Shown here: one piece after another, positions 11,101-26,100 of the stretch
Position numbering within the stretch: position 1 is the stretch's first letter
How the letters are laid out: every line of letters starts with the position of its first letter
Origin: Phallusia mammillata
Lineage: Eukaryota
DNA length: 64,000 nucleotides
Reading direction: 5' to 3'
NCBI GenBank assembly: GCA_965637545.1
Contig: OZ281498.1
Coordinates: 20,212,001-20,276,000 of the forward strand
Program-made: the position numbers and the translations under genes
Notes under the pieces: generated by a model
The model's input: the letters and a program-made list of their open reading frames with translations, nothing else
What the model was told of the DNA's origin: nothing
Database searches by the model: none

Positions 11101-14100
11101 ATAAACGCTGTTTTAAACACCCACTTTTTACAAACAACCAACAGTGGTGTAAAATTTATTCGCCTCTACCAAGCGTTTTGCGTGTTTAATTTGAAATACG
11201 CCAAATCGGGTGTCTGCGTTTTAGGGGTGCAATTAGCACCTCATTTATTCTATGGGGTTTGGGGGTACGAAGAATAGGTACTCGCTTACCTGACAAAATA
11301 AAAAAATGAGGGGGTTTGGTACCTACACACACAATTTTTCAATGAACGTGCCAATAGCGCACGAATAGCCCAGAAGAGAAAATATAACTGCAATATCCAG
11401 TCAGAACTCAATTGCAAACAATCTGCGGCTAGAAATATTTAAACCTTTCAACGCATTCTTTGTTGGGCGGTTTATGCCCAAATGTATATACATGTATTTA
11501 TGAAAGGTGGGCGCATTATATGAAAACTATTCTTTACCTCCCTTGTAGGAAAGTTCAATTGTTACTTCATCCTCATTTGGTGTTGGCAATTGGATTTGGT
11601 CATTAGTACTGGTTAAATCCGGTTTAAACTGGAACCAAGGGGCTTCTGGCCCAAAATCACCCCATATTACTTTTAATGACCACTTGCTGTCTTTCTTGAT
11701 GACGTTAAACATGACATCAAACTTTTGGTCGTCTTTTTGGATTACGTATTTAGCTGTGATGGAATCCGACTGGCCAGGTCCAATTCTTACGATTTTATTT
11801 CCGTTTCCCGCGATTTCCTCAGGGAAAATTCCGCCCTCGGCTCCCTTGTCGAGTTGCCATGGATACGGTGTCATGTTGCTCAGTTTAAAACAAACTGTGA
11901 CGTCATTTGCGGGCGTGGGGGGTGCGGCTGACTTTTCTGCGAACAGAAGTTGGTCAAAATAGGCTTAAAAGTGATTTACAAAAACTTGCTTAAAATTCAA
12001 TCGAAAAAAAACAAAACACAGATCTGCGAAAAAATGTTGAACATTTGAAAGCAAAAAGTAAAATGCAAATGATTTGGAAAAGTCGTAGTAAAAATGTTGC
12101 TTGCCTGTGTCATTAAATGGTGTTTAAAATAAACTTGTTGCCTAGAGTCGTGTCATACAAAAACGTTTTCGATATTGACGCCAATTTAACTCAAACCGAA
12201 TTATTAAGCATAATTCCACCGAGAATGAAACGGAAATGCTGCGACTCGCCAGGGACTTTGTGTTTTTTTAAATTTATTGATTTAAACTGTTGCCAAGCGC
12301 AAGAAGTCACGTGACAAAAACAAATGAAAAGGGTTGCTAGGACTAGCTCTATCCAACCAAGCGAAAAAAAAATTTTGAACCACTCTCCGAATTGGTTTGT
12401 GCTTTAAACATGTTTTATATTTAAACAGTTTGTTGAATGTTTTGCGTTCTATATTGTACACAAAAAACGTGCTGCCTTGATCTAAAGTAATATCCATGCT
12501 CGTTAACTGGTTCGGCTGTGTATAGTAAAAATGTTTCGTCTTCAATACTTTGCTCACTTGTCTTGACGGGAGAAGTAGTTCCCAGTCTGTGAAATTGTTC
12601 TGGGGCACTTGCCACCTCTTGCTTCTTCTTATTCTTAGAACCAGACAACTTGTATTTGGACGATTTAAAAAAGTTCATTTTTTTAAGAAATAAGATACAA
12701 CGTTTAATTTACAATGACTGAAAAAAACGCATAGTTTTTATATCGGTTCTCAAAAAGCAAAAGTTTTCTAACATTTTCGCAAAAGTGGCCAGTGTAAGTC
12801 TATTATTAAATCGCTACGCAACCCGTTTTTGTGTCACCTTAGCTATGTTACCACAATAAACGCGGTTTCATACCTTACATTCGATTCAAGCATTTTTAAC
12901 TGAATTTGATTGAGCAATGTAGCCCCTAAATAACTTCAAAGCTTTTTCGCAGTTTTGTATGAATTTTATTATTTCGAACTTCTATAAATTACGTATGCCC
13001 TTCAAAAGAAAGTTACTTCGTAATCTTTTTCTACAAGAAACCTTTACAATGCTGATTATAGTTTTACAGCTTTGGTAAGCGCTTGCCCTTATTGCTTTTA
13101 ATACATAATACACATAAACCTACAATAATCGGTACCTCAATTGCTCAATATACCGAAGGCAGTGTCAACCCAGCGTTCAAACACTTCAGTCTCAAGTATC
13201 TACGACTTAAAACAACTTTAACCGCCCTATTGGATGTTGTTATGAGCGTCGGGACAGACAAGTACTTTATCACGGGGCCGCCCCAAATCCGCTACTCTCA
13301 TTCCCCATGGCAAAGAAGCACTTGAGCTCAAAGACGGCTGACCAAACTTCTGTTGTGCTAATATTGTCCTTCGGGGCGTACTCTAGCTCCATCTTTATGC
13401 CCACGAGGACATTTTAATGGCTCTAAATCACGGTTTGCTTGTTGGAACTCAAAATAAATTGCGTCGCTGAATTTAAGATAGATTGTGATACGATGGTTTA
13501 TGTGGTAATGTGAAGTTATATATAGCTGACTTTTCAATTGTACACATGCTAATTTTGTTGCTTATGCCAAATTTATTCAAATAAAAAGCCCATTGTGATT
13601 TTGACGCTTAACGCTGTGATTTGTAAAGGATTTATCAAAATTTAAACAGCACGCGCCTGATAAAATATTTAACAGCGGTTTTGCATCGAACGGCATTTTT
13701 CGCGATTGCTGTTGACAACACTGCTTTACATAGAACACAACCGGCAGATTTTGAATAAATCTAACAGATTTGCTTTTAGCCTTTATAACAAACATGCGAA
13801 ATTGCATTGATACGGCTGGCTGCGCTAAATTTGTTAGATTCTAACCGAATGTTCAACAATGACTGGCTGTAGTCAGTTGACTTTTATTGATAACCTATTA
13901 GCCAAATGCAAACACGTCCCACCTGTTCCAGCACACATATGGAACCTTTTTCCCAATGACGGAGGCGTCAGTACTAACCACAAGTCCTAACCTATTCTTA
14001 TGTGTTATAAATTGCCTCTACCCATAAACTTTATCATTTCGACCTCGCCCGAAATCCCAATAGGTCTTGGTACTCGGTTAAAAGTTAGGAGAAAAGTGAA

Positions 14101-17100
14101 ATGAGTTTTCAAAGGAGTGGCCTATGAAATGTCTTGTCTTGTAGCATAAGGCATAAAATAGATATTGCTTCTTAAACTCCGTTAGAAGACTCTTTCAGCT
14201 CTGGCAGAATTCTGTTGATTGAAGCACGAATTTGAACATGGATCTTTGTGACAAGTTTTTAGTGTCAAACGCTATATTCTCAGACCCTTTTCCCACGATA
14301 AGAAATATTTTTAATAAAATCACGCATTTTAGGACTTGTTTTAACCTTTTGTCTGCCTTAAGATTCATTTCAACTAAAATCGCTCAGTCTAACATATTCT
14401 TATTGCCAAACTTTCAATTTATTTGGTGAGCCGGCCATCGACTTGTTTTAACGCTGATCTCGACATACATTATGTAATAGTCTAGGTTTGTTCATGTCAC
14501 AATGCTATTTATAACTGAAGCCACAAAGTTCCTCCCGCCCAACTATGTAACCACTATAACCAGGCAACCCAAACCAGCGATCGACTGAAACCTTCACACT
14601 GCCATAAATCACAGAGTTATACGACGCAATGACATCGCATAAAAGCGCTAAAGCATTAAAACTAGCACTTAGGTGCTTGTTTGTAACCACCAAGTTTATC
14701 TAAAGGCTTTTATAAGCTGCTTTTACAACTCTATTTTGATTACAGGGTTATCTGCCAGATGACTTGTATTTAGTAAATGCATTTAGTTGCAAACGCTGTA
14801 ACAATCGCTGCTGTTATTATCGAAACACAGTAACACAACTGCAGGTCTTCGAGGCAGGATCTAGGTAGTAAATGCACCCATTTAATCATTACATACAAAC
14901 TAACTGGCACTAGTGTATTTTGTTTAAGCTATGTTTAGGTATGTGTCAAGTATTAACTGTATTTTAGGTTGTAAAAGCCAATTACAAACACATACTGTGA
15001 CCAAAATTTGCCTTACAACAAAATAACTAACTTTGTCGCTGTTGACTGCACTCGCTTGTTCAAATCTACTATCAATGAGCATCAATAAATTATGTAAAGA
15101 TTGCATTTTTAAACAAGACAGCAAAACATATCTTTCCAATTCCTTACGACTGACATCGGAGTGTCTTGCTAACCAACTTGTCTGAGCCTGCATGTTTACT
15201 CTTTCCGACGGTCTTATGTTGACATTTCAAGACATTGACATATTGGTTGAATGATTTTCTCATTTATACCTCATGCTCCATTACGCCATGTCTAAAATTG
15301 TTCGGTTTCAATTATCATTGGTAAACATCAAATTGAGGGCTATGGATTTCTATTGCTAAATAATATTTGTTTTCTATGTTGCCTGTATTCTTTTGTGAGA
15401 ACACAAACAGTGTTCAAGACAACTGTGCAAACACGCGTGGTTTTAAAACAGGTTGAAATAATTACCTGTGTTTACTTTTAATATATTTGATAGGTATATG
15501 TGTTGGACGTATTAGGTATATGTATTTCTATTTGTGGCATGAAACCCATGGAGATAGGTTTTATTAAGTCAAAAGTTGGAAACCATTTGCTTTTTACTTT
15601 TCAGAATGACAGATGCATACCAATCGAAGAATGTCCTTGTTTACATGCTGGTAAAACGTATAAGACAAACGAGACCATTCAAAGAGACTGCAACCAATGG
15701 TAAGAAACTGTTGTTTCAAAAGATAAAAAAACGGCTAAATATAATCAACAATTGTGAAGTGCATACGAATTAATTGTTCGTGCAAACTAAACTGTTTACC
15801 ACAATTTCGAACAAACATTTCAAAAACAATATTATATTATAAAACAATATTATAAAAAGGTTCCTAAAATATAATAGTTTTAATGAATAACTAGCATGTA
15901 CACACTGGCTGTAAAAAACATAGGTATCAACGTAACAGTAATTTTACAATGCTCTTGCTTTTCAGCATTTGCAAATCCCGAAAGTGGCACTGCACAGAAA
16001 ACAAGTGTTCGGCTCATTGCGTTGCTATGGGAGATCCACATTACAGCACATTTGACGGTGCTCAGTATTCCTTTCAGGTAAAACCATATGTTTTCAAACC
16101 CTATTAAGACGTCTTAGATTAGACCTTGTACTCGCTTTATGGCCGTGTTTATGGCTTGGTTTGCCCACCTGCTGTTCCACTCACAAATTAGGGGACTGTT
16201 TGTACAACAAGCTAAGCCCGTGAATGGAGTTTTACCACAACTATACGACAGTTTAATAACGGACTGAACAATGGCATTCAAATTTGTAGGTACATTAAAT
16301 GCAAATGGTGTAAAACTTGTCCAAGACGCTTGTTTTATTATCTTCAACGACTGTGTCTGCCTGAAGCGTTTTAACAACAACACATGTACATCAACAGTAA
16401 CGAAATATTGCTTAACAGTTATCTACACAACACAACTTGCGTTAATGTGCTGCAAATGTTGCAATACAATTTATCTTCTCAGAGATTCTATGTGAATAAG
16501 GCCCTGATGATGCCATATAGACCAAAATGCATAGTTCTTTTTACCTAGAACTGACTGACTGACTGACTTTGATTTAACCAAGGGTTTAACTTTTAATTCT
16601 CTTTTCAGGGTGCATGCAGTTACGTTCTGACTAGAGAACGAAGCGGTCTGTTCTCTGTCACTGCTGAGAATGTCCCTTGTGGTGCCACCAGGGTCACGTG
16701 CACTAAGTCTGTTTACGTCACAGTGGGTAGGTCTAATAGATTAACTTGGAATTCTTATCACAAAACCTCTTGACAACACTAATTTAGTCCTAGACAGTCC
16801 AATTGAACCATTCATGATGTGTTTAAAACTTAAAGCAATCTCATTGAATTCGAAAGGCTCTCTGTGAGATACACAAGATAGAGAACACAATTCTATTCGT
16901 AGTGCGTAAACCTTAAATGTCATATTATTCTAAAAACCAAAAAGTCAAAATGAACATGTAAATAACAGACACAGACCGTAGCTGCGAACGTATAGATTCG
17001 GGCTCCAATCCAATAACTCTGAAACTACAGCGAAAATGTTTTCTTTGTTTTCTAGCATCAACCGTTATTCATCTCCTTCGCGGCAAGCGAATCACAGTAA

Positions 17101-20100
17101 ACGGAGCGCCGATCGCGCGTTTGCCCAGGCGATACGGAAACGATGACGTCATGGGCGGTGACGTAACGTCCATGGCTATTGATCGGGCCGGAGTGTTTGT
17201 GGTTGCTAGCTGGCCGAACTTGGGTCTTTCCGTGTTTTGGGACGGAGGTAAAGTAAATCATAACTAATGAATTAAAAAATACTTACAACCTAGGTAGAAC
17301 TTTTTCAGTAACGACACAATCGAATTAAATTGTTTCACTAATTAAAATTTAATGCACTGTAGCCAACAGAAATGTGATGCAGTAATTAAACACGTAACAG
17401 TCTTTCAATGGCTTTTTTTGTACACCTTCGTTGAACAAAAAGTGGTTTAATATTTAGGCTACACGTTAATGGTGGGAACGTAGAGAATTTTGAAATTGCA
17501 GTTTTTTAAATCGTAGTATTTTATCTTTACTAGGGTCTGACTGTTTATTTAATCCATGTCATACTTAGGCACTCGGGTCGGTATTCAGTTGGAACCAAGA
17601 CATATGGGAAATGTCTCGGGTCTGTGCGGTAACTACGACGGCAGTCCGGCAAACGACTTCACAACCAGACAAGGCTCCATGGAAACCATGACGTCATCAT
17701 TTACTAATAGTTGGAGGGTGTCACCAGTCTGTTCCGAGTCTACTGACGTAATAGGGTCGTACTTGAATCCTTGTGAGGTAAAATTTGTTGTTGTGGTTTG
17801 CTGAATTTTTTTAGTAATTTGTGCAATATATAGTTAGGGTATTTGCAGCTTGTATGGCGTAATACTGATGATTTCATGTTGCAGGCGAATGTGCATCGAA
17901 TCGGCTGGGCGCGACGAAAGTGTTCGATAATATCGGTCGGTCAAGTTTTTGCCCACTGTCGTTCGGTGGTTCCCCACGACCGATACTACCAGTGGTGTGT
18001 GAATGATGCCTGTGCTTGCGATGGCGGCGGAGATTGTGAATGCGTGTGTACAGCGGTAAGTCAAGTTATTTTGTCTGTTTTGAAAGAATATGAATATGGG
18101 CTACACAAAGGCCACTTTTCCTTATTGTTTAGGATATTTTAAAGTTTATATCTACTTTCGACATTAGTAGCTACTTTTTGCATCTCATGCCTCCTATAAA
18201 AATTTGCTTAGTTATGTTTTTTACTTTCAAGGCATGCTCCTTCCTGTTAAACAAATTACAAAACTGAAGAAATAATGTTTGTAAACCATTTTGCTGTCTA
18301 GTAAAGTATTTTGGCTTTGTACAGGTCGCAGCTTACTCACACGAATGTAACCGAAATAACGTAGCCGTCCGTTGGAGATCTCAAACGTTCTGTCCCATGC
18401 AGTGCGACGGTGGCCAGGTTTACATGGCTTGTGGACCTGCTTGTCAAGAAACCTGTCAGCTCCGAGGTTTGTATTAATAAATATAGTTAAATGGGTCGTG
18501 CTATTTTTCCCTTCCTGAAAGAAAGCTATATATTTTACATTTAATTTAAATATGTAGCGCCAAAAATATCATTCGCACATGTTTAGTGACCCATTTGTTT
18601 CTGCTGGCACAAATAGTTTTGTTGCTATTTGCCAAAAAAGTAATAATTGGTTGACAAATATGTATTTGTCAGTAAATCAAGAAGTATATATGTTTTTTTC
18701 GGGTAAAAATATCACCAGAAAAACATTTTGGAAACTTTTTAGGTCAATCGCTTGGACGCCATTGTTCGGATTTGCCTTGCGTTGAAGGCTGCTTCTGTCC
18801 AGCTGGATTTGTCATGCATGGCCAGCGGTGCGTGAAGGACACGCAATGTCCCTGCTTTTTCGAAGCGGGCGAATTTGCAGCAGGAAGTTATTTGAGCAAA
18901 AACTGTCAAAATTGCACTTGCCAAGCTGGAGAATGGAGTTGTTCGGTAATAAACTTGTTTGTGACGCATGAATAAAACGTAGAACGTTTTGTTGAAGACT
19001 GTATGAGTAAACAGTGCAGTAAGCATTTCTACGGTAAAGTTTGCATTTTTTATCTGACATATTTGTATTGCAAAAGCAGTAGTGTTTAGTTTATTTTCAA
19101 ATTTAGTGTTTAAATTTGAAGCTTTCTTAGAGGTTGTTTTTTAGCAACTGTCAAATCTAACACATTTTCACTGTCGCTTTTTTACAATTTTGTTGTCGGA
19201 CTTCTGTTAATCTTGCTATTTTAACTTACCAGGGCGATGTATGTGACTCATTACTGCCCGCATGTGATTCCGAACAATACCGCTGCGCTAACGGTTTTCA
19301 GTGTATTTCGAAATTATGGCGATGTGATTTTGAACAAGACTGTCTTGATGGTTCGGACGAGATCGGATGCAATCGGACAACTTCGGATTGCCTGGGAATT
19401 TTTGATCACGTGTGTGATGAAAATAAATGTCTTCAAACCTCTAAAATGTAAGTATATTTAGATACCACAAGAACTAGCGTTTGACGAAAACTTTGCAATT
19501 AGATGTGACGGCGTATTTGACTGTGACGATCTCAGCGACGAATTGGATTGTGACGTCATTGTAGGGCCTAACACAACCACTTGTGGCGCTACACAGTTCT
19601 CATGCGTCAATGGAAAATGTATTTCCGGATTTCTGGCTTGTGATGGAAAATTCGATTGCGGATTTGGAGACTATTCAGACGAAAATAATTGTGTACAAGT
19701 ATGTTATTAGATTTAATTTGTTTGCAAACAAGTTCATTTGTACATCATTCTTATAGAACTGCTCAATTCTTCACCAATTCACTTGTGACAACGGTTCGTG
19801 TATTTCGCGCATCGCTTATTGCGACGGCAAACGGGACTGTGTGAACGGCGAGGATGAGATTTCTTGTTTTTGCCCGCCAACACAATTCACCTGCTCCGAC
19901 GGGGGGTGCATCGATCGCTTTATGTTGTGTGATGACGTCGAAGACTGCATGCAAGGTAGGTGACGTCATGCAGTCGTGATGTAACAATCACAAACAATTG
20001 GAAATTTAATCTTAACGTCAATTTAGGCGAAGATGAGTTTGGGTGTGAGGTACAAACAACTCCGTCTACAGCTAGTACTACAAGCCCAACATTAAACACC

Positions 20101-23100
20101 ACACCTACTCCCAACACTGGAAGTAAGTAAAGTTTGCATGCATGTTTTTAAACTAGTTAACTTGCTATTACATAAAAATTTCAATACAGCGTGGTAGTCC
20201 TGCCATATAGTTTTCGCAAATCCAAAATTGTGTTAGACTTCATCATTTAAAAACTGTGACTTTTTTGTTATTTACGGCCTAATGTCCTTTTCGTTTCAGG
20301 CTGTCCACAGTTCCACTGCGACGATGACGTCACGGTATGTGTGCCATGGAAACGTGTATGTGATGACGTCAACGACTGTCGCGACGGTTCAGACGAGACC
20401 GAGTTTTGTTGGAGAGGGTGTCGTGAGGTAAATATGAAACAGTTAAACTACCGACAAGAAGAAATATTTTACCACTTTTCTTCGCATAATACGGTGTGCA
20501 CTATGGGTTGATAGCATCTAATAGTGATTTTATTCGAAGTTTACACAACAATAAACCATCATTAGTTAATAGAATTATTCCTACAATAAGCGTAATACCG
20601 AATAAGGACCAGACTACCAAGTATTTTCACGCTTTAGTGTAGACTAATAGTGACTTTATAACTGAAGGCATGAGCTTATACGGACCAGCCTATATGCTTT
20701 TCGAACGTCGAATCGTAACACCCCTGTCTGTTGCTGCCTATGTTCCTCATTGAATACATTTCCCAACATTTTTCAGGGCGAATTTTCGTGCGACAACGGC
20801 GCGAGGTGCATCGACGTTCGGTTGCTATGCGACGGTTTGAACCATTGTGTGGATAAGTCTGACGAGGTTGAGGAATCTTGCGGAATGCGAAACAAGACAA
20901 CGCATACCTGTGAAAGGTTTGTGTCAAACGATTGCTTTTGTTTACAACCCCTTGCAATATAACGTAAATTACTTATTGTTAAAATACATGATCGAATCAT
21001 AATTCCTTTTTGAGCTGAAATTTTCAATATAAAGTCCTTGTGTCATTAGTTAAATCGAGTCAAATTGGGTCATCCTATAACTGTAACTCGGGTTAAATCG
21101 AGTTTTCGGAAGATTTACTCGCATTCACGCGAGTCAGCGTCTCTATTTACATTGTGTGTTATTAATGTAGTTTTTTCAACACTCGACCATACTTGAGTCT
21201 TCAACTCTCTAACTAAACGAAGACTTTGTAGAGCATGGAGCGTTTCGTAGGAAACTATTGCAAATAGCCAAATTTGCGGTTAGCCCTAAATTTTTCTCGA
21301 CCTTTATCGTGCCAAGGCGAAATGTATTTCGATTTTATAATTTTAAAAATTTGTAGCAGAATTTAAAACGCTGTTAAATCCTGCTATAAACTGTCAAATC
21401 TATTTTCTAGTGGTTTCACATGCGGAGATGGAGTCTGCATCAACGGAAGCATGGTTTGTGACGGCATAACTCATTGTTATGACGCGGATGACGAAAGGGA
21501 CTGTCCTGATGACGTCATCGTTCCGACAACACCCTTTACTATAGGTAAGCTATATTATACTTTACCAAAATTGCTTTTTGCGCCAGTTTTATAGTCAAAC
21601 AATATGTTGTGATATTGGTGATAACTTAGTAATTCGTTACGCTTGACTGCACAAAGCGTGCATGTAAGCCAACTTGTATATAGTTTTGGCTGTATGGTAG
21701 GATATTGGTATAGAACAATTTTGGATAAAGGCACCGATTTTTTTTAAGATCCCACAAGTCCTGCACCTGCTACTGAATGCAATGGATACATTTGTCTTAA
21801 CGGAAAGTGCATCACACTCAACAAGGTACAAGCGTTTTCAATAATGACATATTTGTTATAGTTATCACTGTTTTAATCAAATACACTTGTGTATATAGAA
21901 TGCAACTCGGTGCTAGCGTTTCCAAGATTTATTCAGCATATACAAGTCCGTGTATAGTGTAATTGTTTTGTTCTGAGAATACTTTTATAGTACATCTCGC
22001 CCCCAATTGGCGAAAATCCCCAAAACACCTTATTATTGTTTGTCGAAATCTAGTTATTTGCAAGTTTCGCTATTTGCATCTTAAGTAAAAAAATATTGCA
22101 GTTAATTACATATTCCTGTCAAACGCCTAAAAAAAACTTGCTTCAGGTTTGCAATGGTATGGACGAATGCTTGGACGCTCAGAAGTCTGCAAACGATTCG
22201 ATGACGTCATCAATGATTGTATTGCGCTACACGTCATCAGACGAAGCTGGGTGTTCGACATGGAGTGAATGGGGAAACTGGGGTGAGTGCCAATCAGCCA
22301 AACTATATTATTGTGCTAAATTGTTACAAATTGAGATAGATATCTTTGTGTACTCATTCTATTGTTACAATAGCTACTTGCAGTACTCATGACTGACTAC
22401 TCCTTATCTGATTACAATTACTCGCTACTCGCTATCCGCAAATCATTACTCGTTACTAGTCATCCAGTGCCAATTACTGAATACTCATAATCTGCTGATC
22501 ATTACTCGCTGCCTGCAATCGAATACTCGTTACTAAGCACTCGCCAGCCACTAATCATTACTGGCTACGCGGACTCTCTTCTCATTACTGTCTACTCATT
22601 CCTCAATACTCGTTACTCGCATATCATTACTCTCTTGCAATCAACTACTCGTCGTTGGCTACTCGCAATCGACTACTCAATTAAATCCACACTCAATACC
22701 CGACTACACAATACACAAATCCAGTTTGCCATACAGTACCCATTACTGACTACTGGTCATCGTCTATACTTGCGAATTGCGACTGATGACTTTTACCACC
22801 CTTTTCTAATTGTCACGGATTTTTGCAGGATCCTGCAGTCAGACTTGTGGTTCCGGAATCCAACAGCGCAATCGTACCTGCTCACCAGGCCGTGACGAAC
22901 AAGGTCGTGTGATCAGTGGTGACGTAGACCCTCTCAAAGGCCAATGCCAAGGTCGCGGATCTGCTACAAGGCCATGCTTTGCAGAAGTTTGCCAAAGTAA
23001 TTCTTGCTAATATTATCATTGTGTGTTAATTTAACCAAAAAGGTTCTGTAAAGTAAGTTATAGCATAATGACGAATATAACGGCCCAATAGACATAAAAG

Positions 23101-26100
23101 CGACATGCTTAAGTTTTCAAACGTTTTGGCAAATGCTAGTGCCATCATCAGTGAATACAGGGGCCACATCAGTTACACCCGTTTATAACCACTTGAGTCA
23201 CACATAAGATTGATAAAACGGTGCAAACAAGCATCGCATAAGAACGATAAAAAATAGCAAGCCTAATTTACACTATTTGAATTTTAGAGTAAAATCGCTG
23301 CTGCAAAAGGTTTTTAAAAATTTTCACCATTTAGACAAAACACATACTTTGACTGAGTGGTCTCTCTGGTCGTCATGTGACGTAACTTGCGGTGGTGGAT
23401 TGAGCTCAAGGTGGCGCTCGTGTGCTGACGGAAGCACAAACTGCACAGCGGCGCTGGCTGTGGGAAGAAACCGAATTTATGGAATTCCTATGTTGGAAAT
23501 CAAATCTTGCTCTGAAGACATTTGTCCAAATCAAAAATGCGCAGGTAATTGTATAGGTTTTGATAAAAGCTTAAACATTTATTGATATGAATATTTCACT
23601 TTTTTTCTTTATCGGAATTTGAGCAGCTTGGTTGTTTAAAAATTCCCTCTGAAAAAAAATAAATAAAAAATCAAAGGAATGTAATTTAGGCTCAAAGTCA
23701 TGGGTGGGGCTCATGTCATAACGCCAGATTTTCAATCGGTTTTTATGTTAGAAGTAGTCAGTGAAAAGCATTTGACCAAATCAAGTCACATTTTTCGCAT
23801 TTTACAATCAGTTGTACGGCTTCAAGTGTTGCAACGATGCTCAAACTGTGTCGAGCATTTTTATCTGCAATCTAAGTCATGTACAATCCAATACCAAAGG
23901 TTTGCTGCTAATTTTCCCCACAGTTTTGTATTCGAATCCAGTCATTTCGGTAAAACAATATGAACTTACAGGAAACAAAATTTACCACAATTGCGATTCT
24001 GATGCCTTGGACGTTATCAACCCTTGTCCGTTGACGTGTCGTGATTACGTCAGAGGCGGTGACGCGTCGTGCGTGACGTCATCGGTCGGGTGCAAGAGCG
24101 GCTGCTTTTGTCCTTACGGTCACGTGCTTAGCAACGAGACCAGCGACCAGTGCGTCCCAGACAACGAGTGCCCATGTTACGTTAACGGACAAGTAAGTAT
24201 GAGTTGTAGTCTATAACCTGTTGAAAAAAGAACTAAAATATAAACAAATTATAAACAACGTACTATTGGTGTTTCGCAAAATTCTTAATTCAAAGTTTTC
24301 CTAAAAATTCGACTCTCTGTTTAAATATGGTTACGAATTTATAAATTTAAAGTTTATTTGAAAAAAACATAAAACCGAAGTGTTTAGGGAATAAATATAT
24401 ACTGGTAAAAACACTTTTTAGGGTGAAAAGCAGCCAAACATTTTAAAAAACAAAACCAAATCAATTCTAATCTGATTCTTTCTTTCTTTAAACCATAAAG
24501 ATTCCCAAGGTTTAAAAATCTACTTGTAGTTGTTTTTTCTGCCATGTTCGTGGGACCGGTTAGGGTCCAATAGTTGCTAAAACAGCCTTAAACCATTTTT
24601 AAAATAAACCTTTTGGGCAAAAATCTATTAAAACAATATATTTAGTCTATTTTAAGAAACCGATGTCTTCATTGCTTGACATGCGTTAGTAGCAACTTGA
24701 TATAGATAAGTGTTAACTGGATTCGGTCACTTATTTTACGCTTGTAACATGACCTTGTTATAAACCTATTTTCAGGCTTTTGAAATTGGCGAGGAAGTAA
24801 GGAGAAAAGAGCTTTGCCAAATATGTCAATGTTTGGGCGGTGGTCGGTTGGGAGAATGTGCCGAAGACCCGAATTGTGATGATACAGCACTTTGTGGGTG
24901 GACCGACTGGTCGGATTGGGGACCATGTTTTGGACCATGCGGGGTCAACGGCGTCCAGTGGGCCTTTCGGTCCCCGTTGCACCCGAGTCGGTAAGAGTGA
25001 AGTCTAAACTCGATAAAATAGTGGTACTCGTACCGTAGCGAGTAGTAGCACCCGAATATTTTAAAAATATGTTTTTGTAACCTGATATTTCATAGGGAGC
25101 AGTAACACAAAATACTCGTACCTTTCAAAAAAATAATCGAGTTTTGTATCTTTCGTAAAAGTTATGTCTAAATACGAGTCGTGTCGAGTACTTAAAACCC
25201 AACGTTGTGTCGGGCGTAGTAGCAGACGATACTCGAATATCTTTGGTAAATTTTGTAGCCCGAGTAGCGATGAGTACTTGTAGCCTGGTATAACGGGGAG
25301 AGTAGTAGCACAAGATAGTCGAGTTTTGTATCTACAGAAGATGTTATAGCCAAATACGAGTAGTTCTGACGGCGACGAGTATTTGTAACTCGACATAACG
25401 AAGGTAGTAATATCGTACCGTACCGTACGAATTAATGTTTTTGTCCGTATTTTTTTTCTTTTTCTATCTAACGCTGGTTTGTGAGACGCGTTTGGTCAAG
25501 AAAGAGTGCTTTAAATTTATTCAAATTTTGAGAGATGTTAATTAATAATCCAAATTTGATCCTCCTGAAGTTTGACTCCGATGGACCCAGCGGTTCACCC
25601 ACAGGTCCCCAAAACGTAAAACTTTTTAAACGACTGTACTGACTACCGAAAGAGTAGTCGGAACTCCACAAAACGAGTATCAACAAAATTTGTGCTATTC
25701 TGTGGCAATATACCAACACTCATTAAATAACAAACGTTTATTGTTGTTTCCCTTGGAAAAAAATGTTTGAATTCTATATTTCACCACTCTACTAGTCTCA
25801 CTTATAAGCACAAAAATGTTGTAAAACTTTTCAGATACGGAAAACCGAGAAACTGTCGTGGTTCATACCGAAAATCGAAACGCTGTCCGACGTCAGCTTG
25901 TCCCACCTGTGACGTCAGCAAAAATGTGACGTCACTAGGCAATACATCTGTGAAGTCACGTAAGATAGGAGAGCAGTGGCGCCATGGCTGGTGCGACTTG
26001 TGCGCATGCGCGGAAAACGGAACTGTTACCTGTCGACGGTAAGCTTAATACGAATTGGTTGTTCAGTACAGTACACTATATCTAAGGTTTAAAAATGTGA

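Noticed and set aside
11684-11962. Plus-strand ORFs here and at 59060-59284, 54652-54957, 57020-57223
   Set aside because: Antisense shadows of real minus-strand exons.
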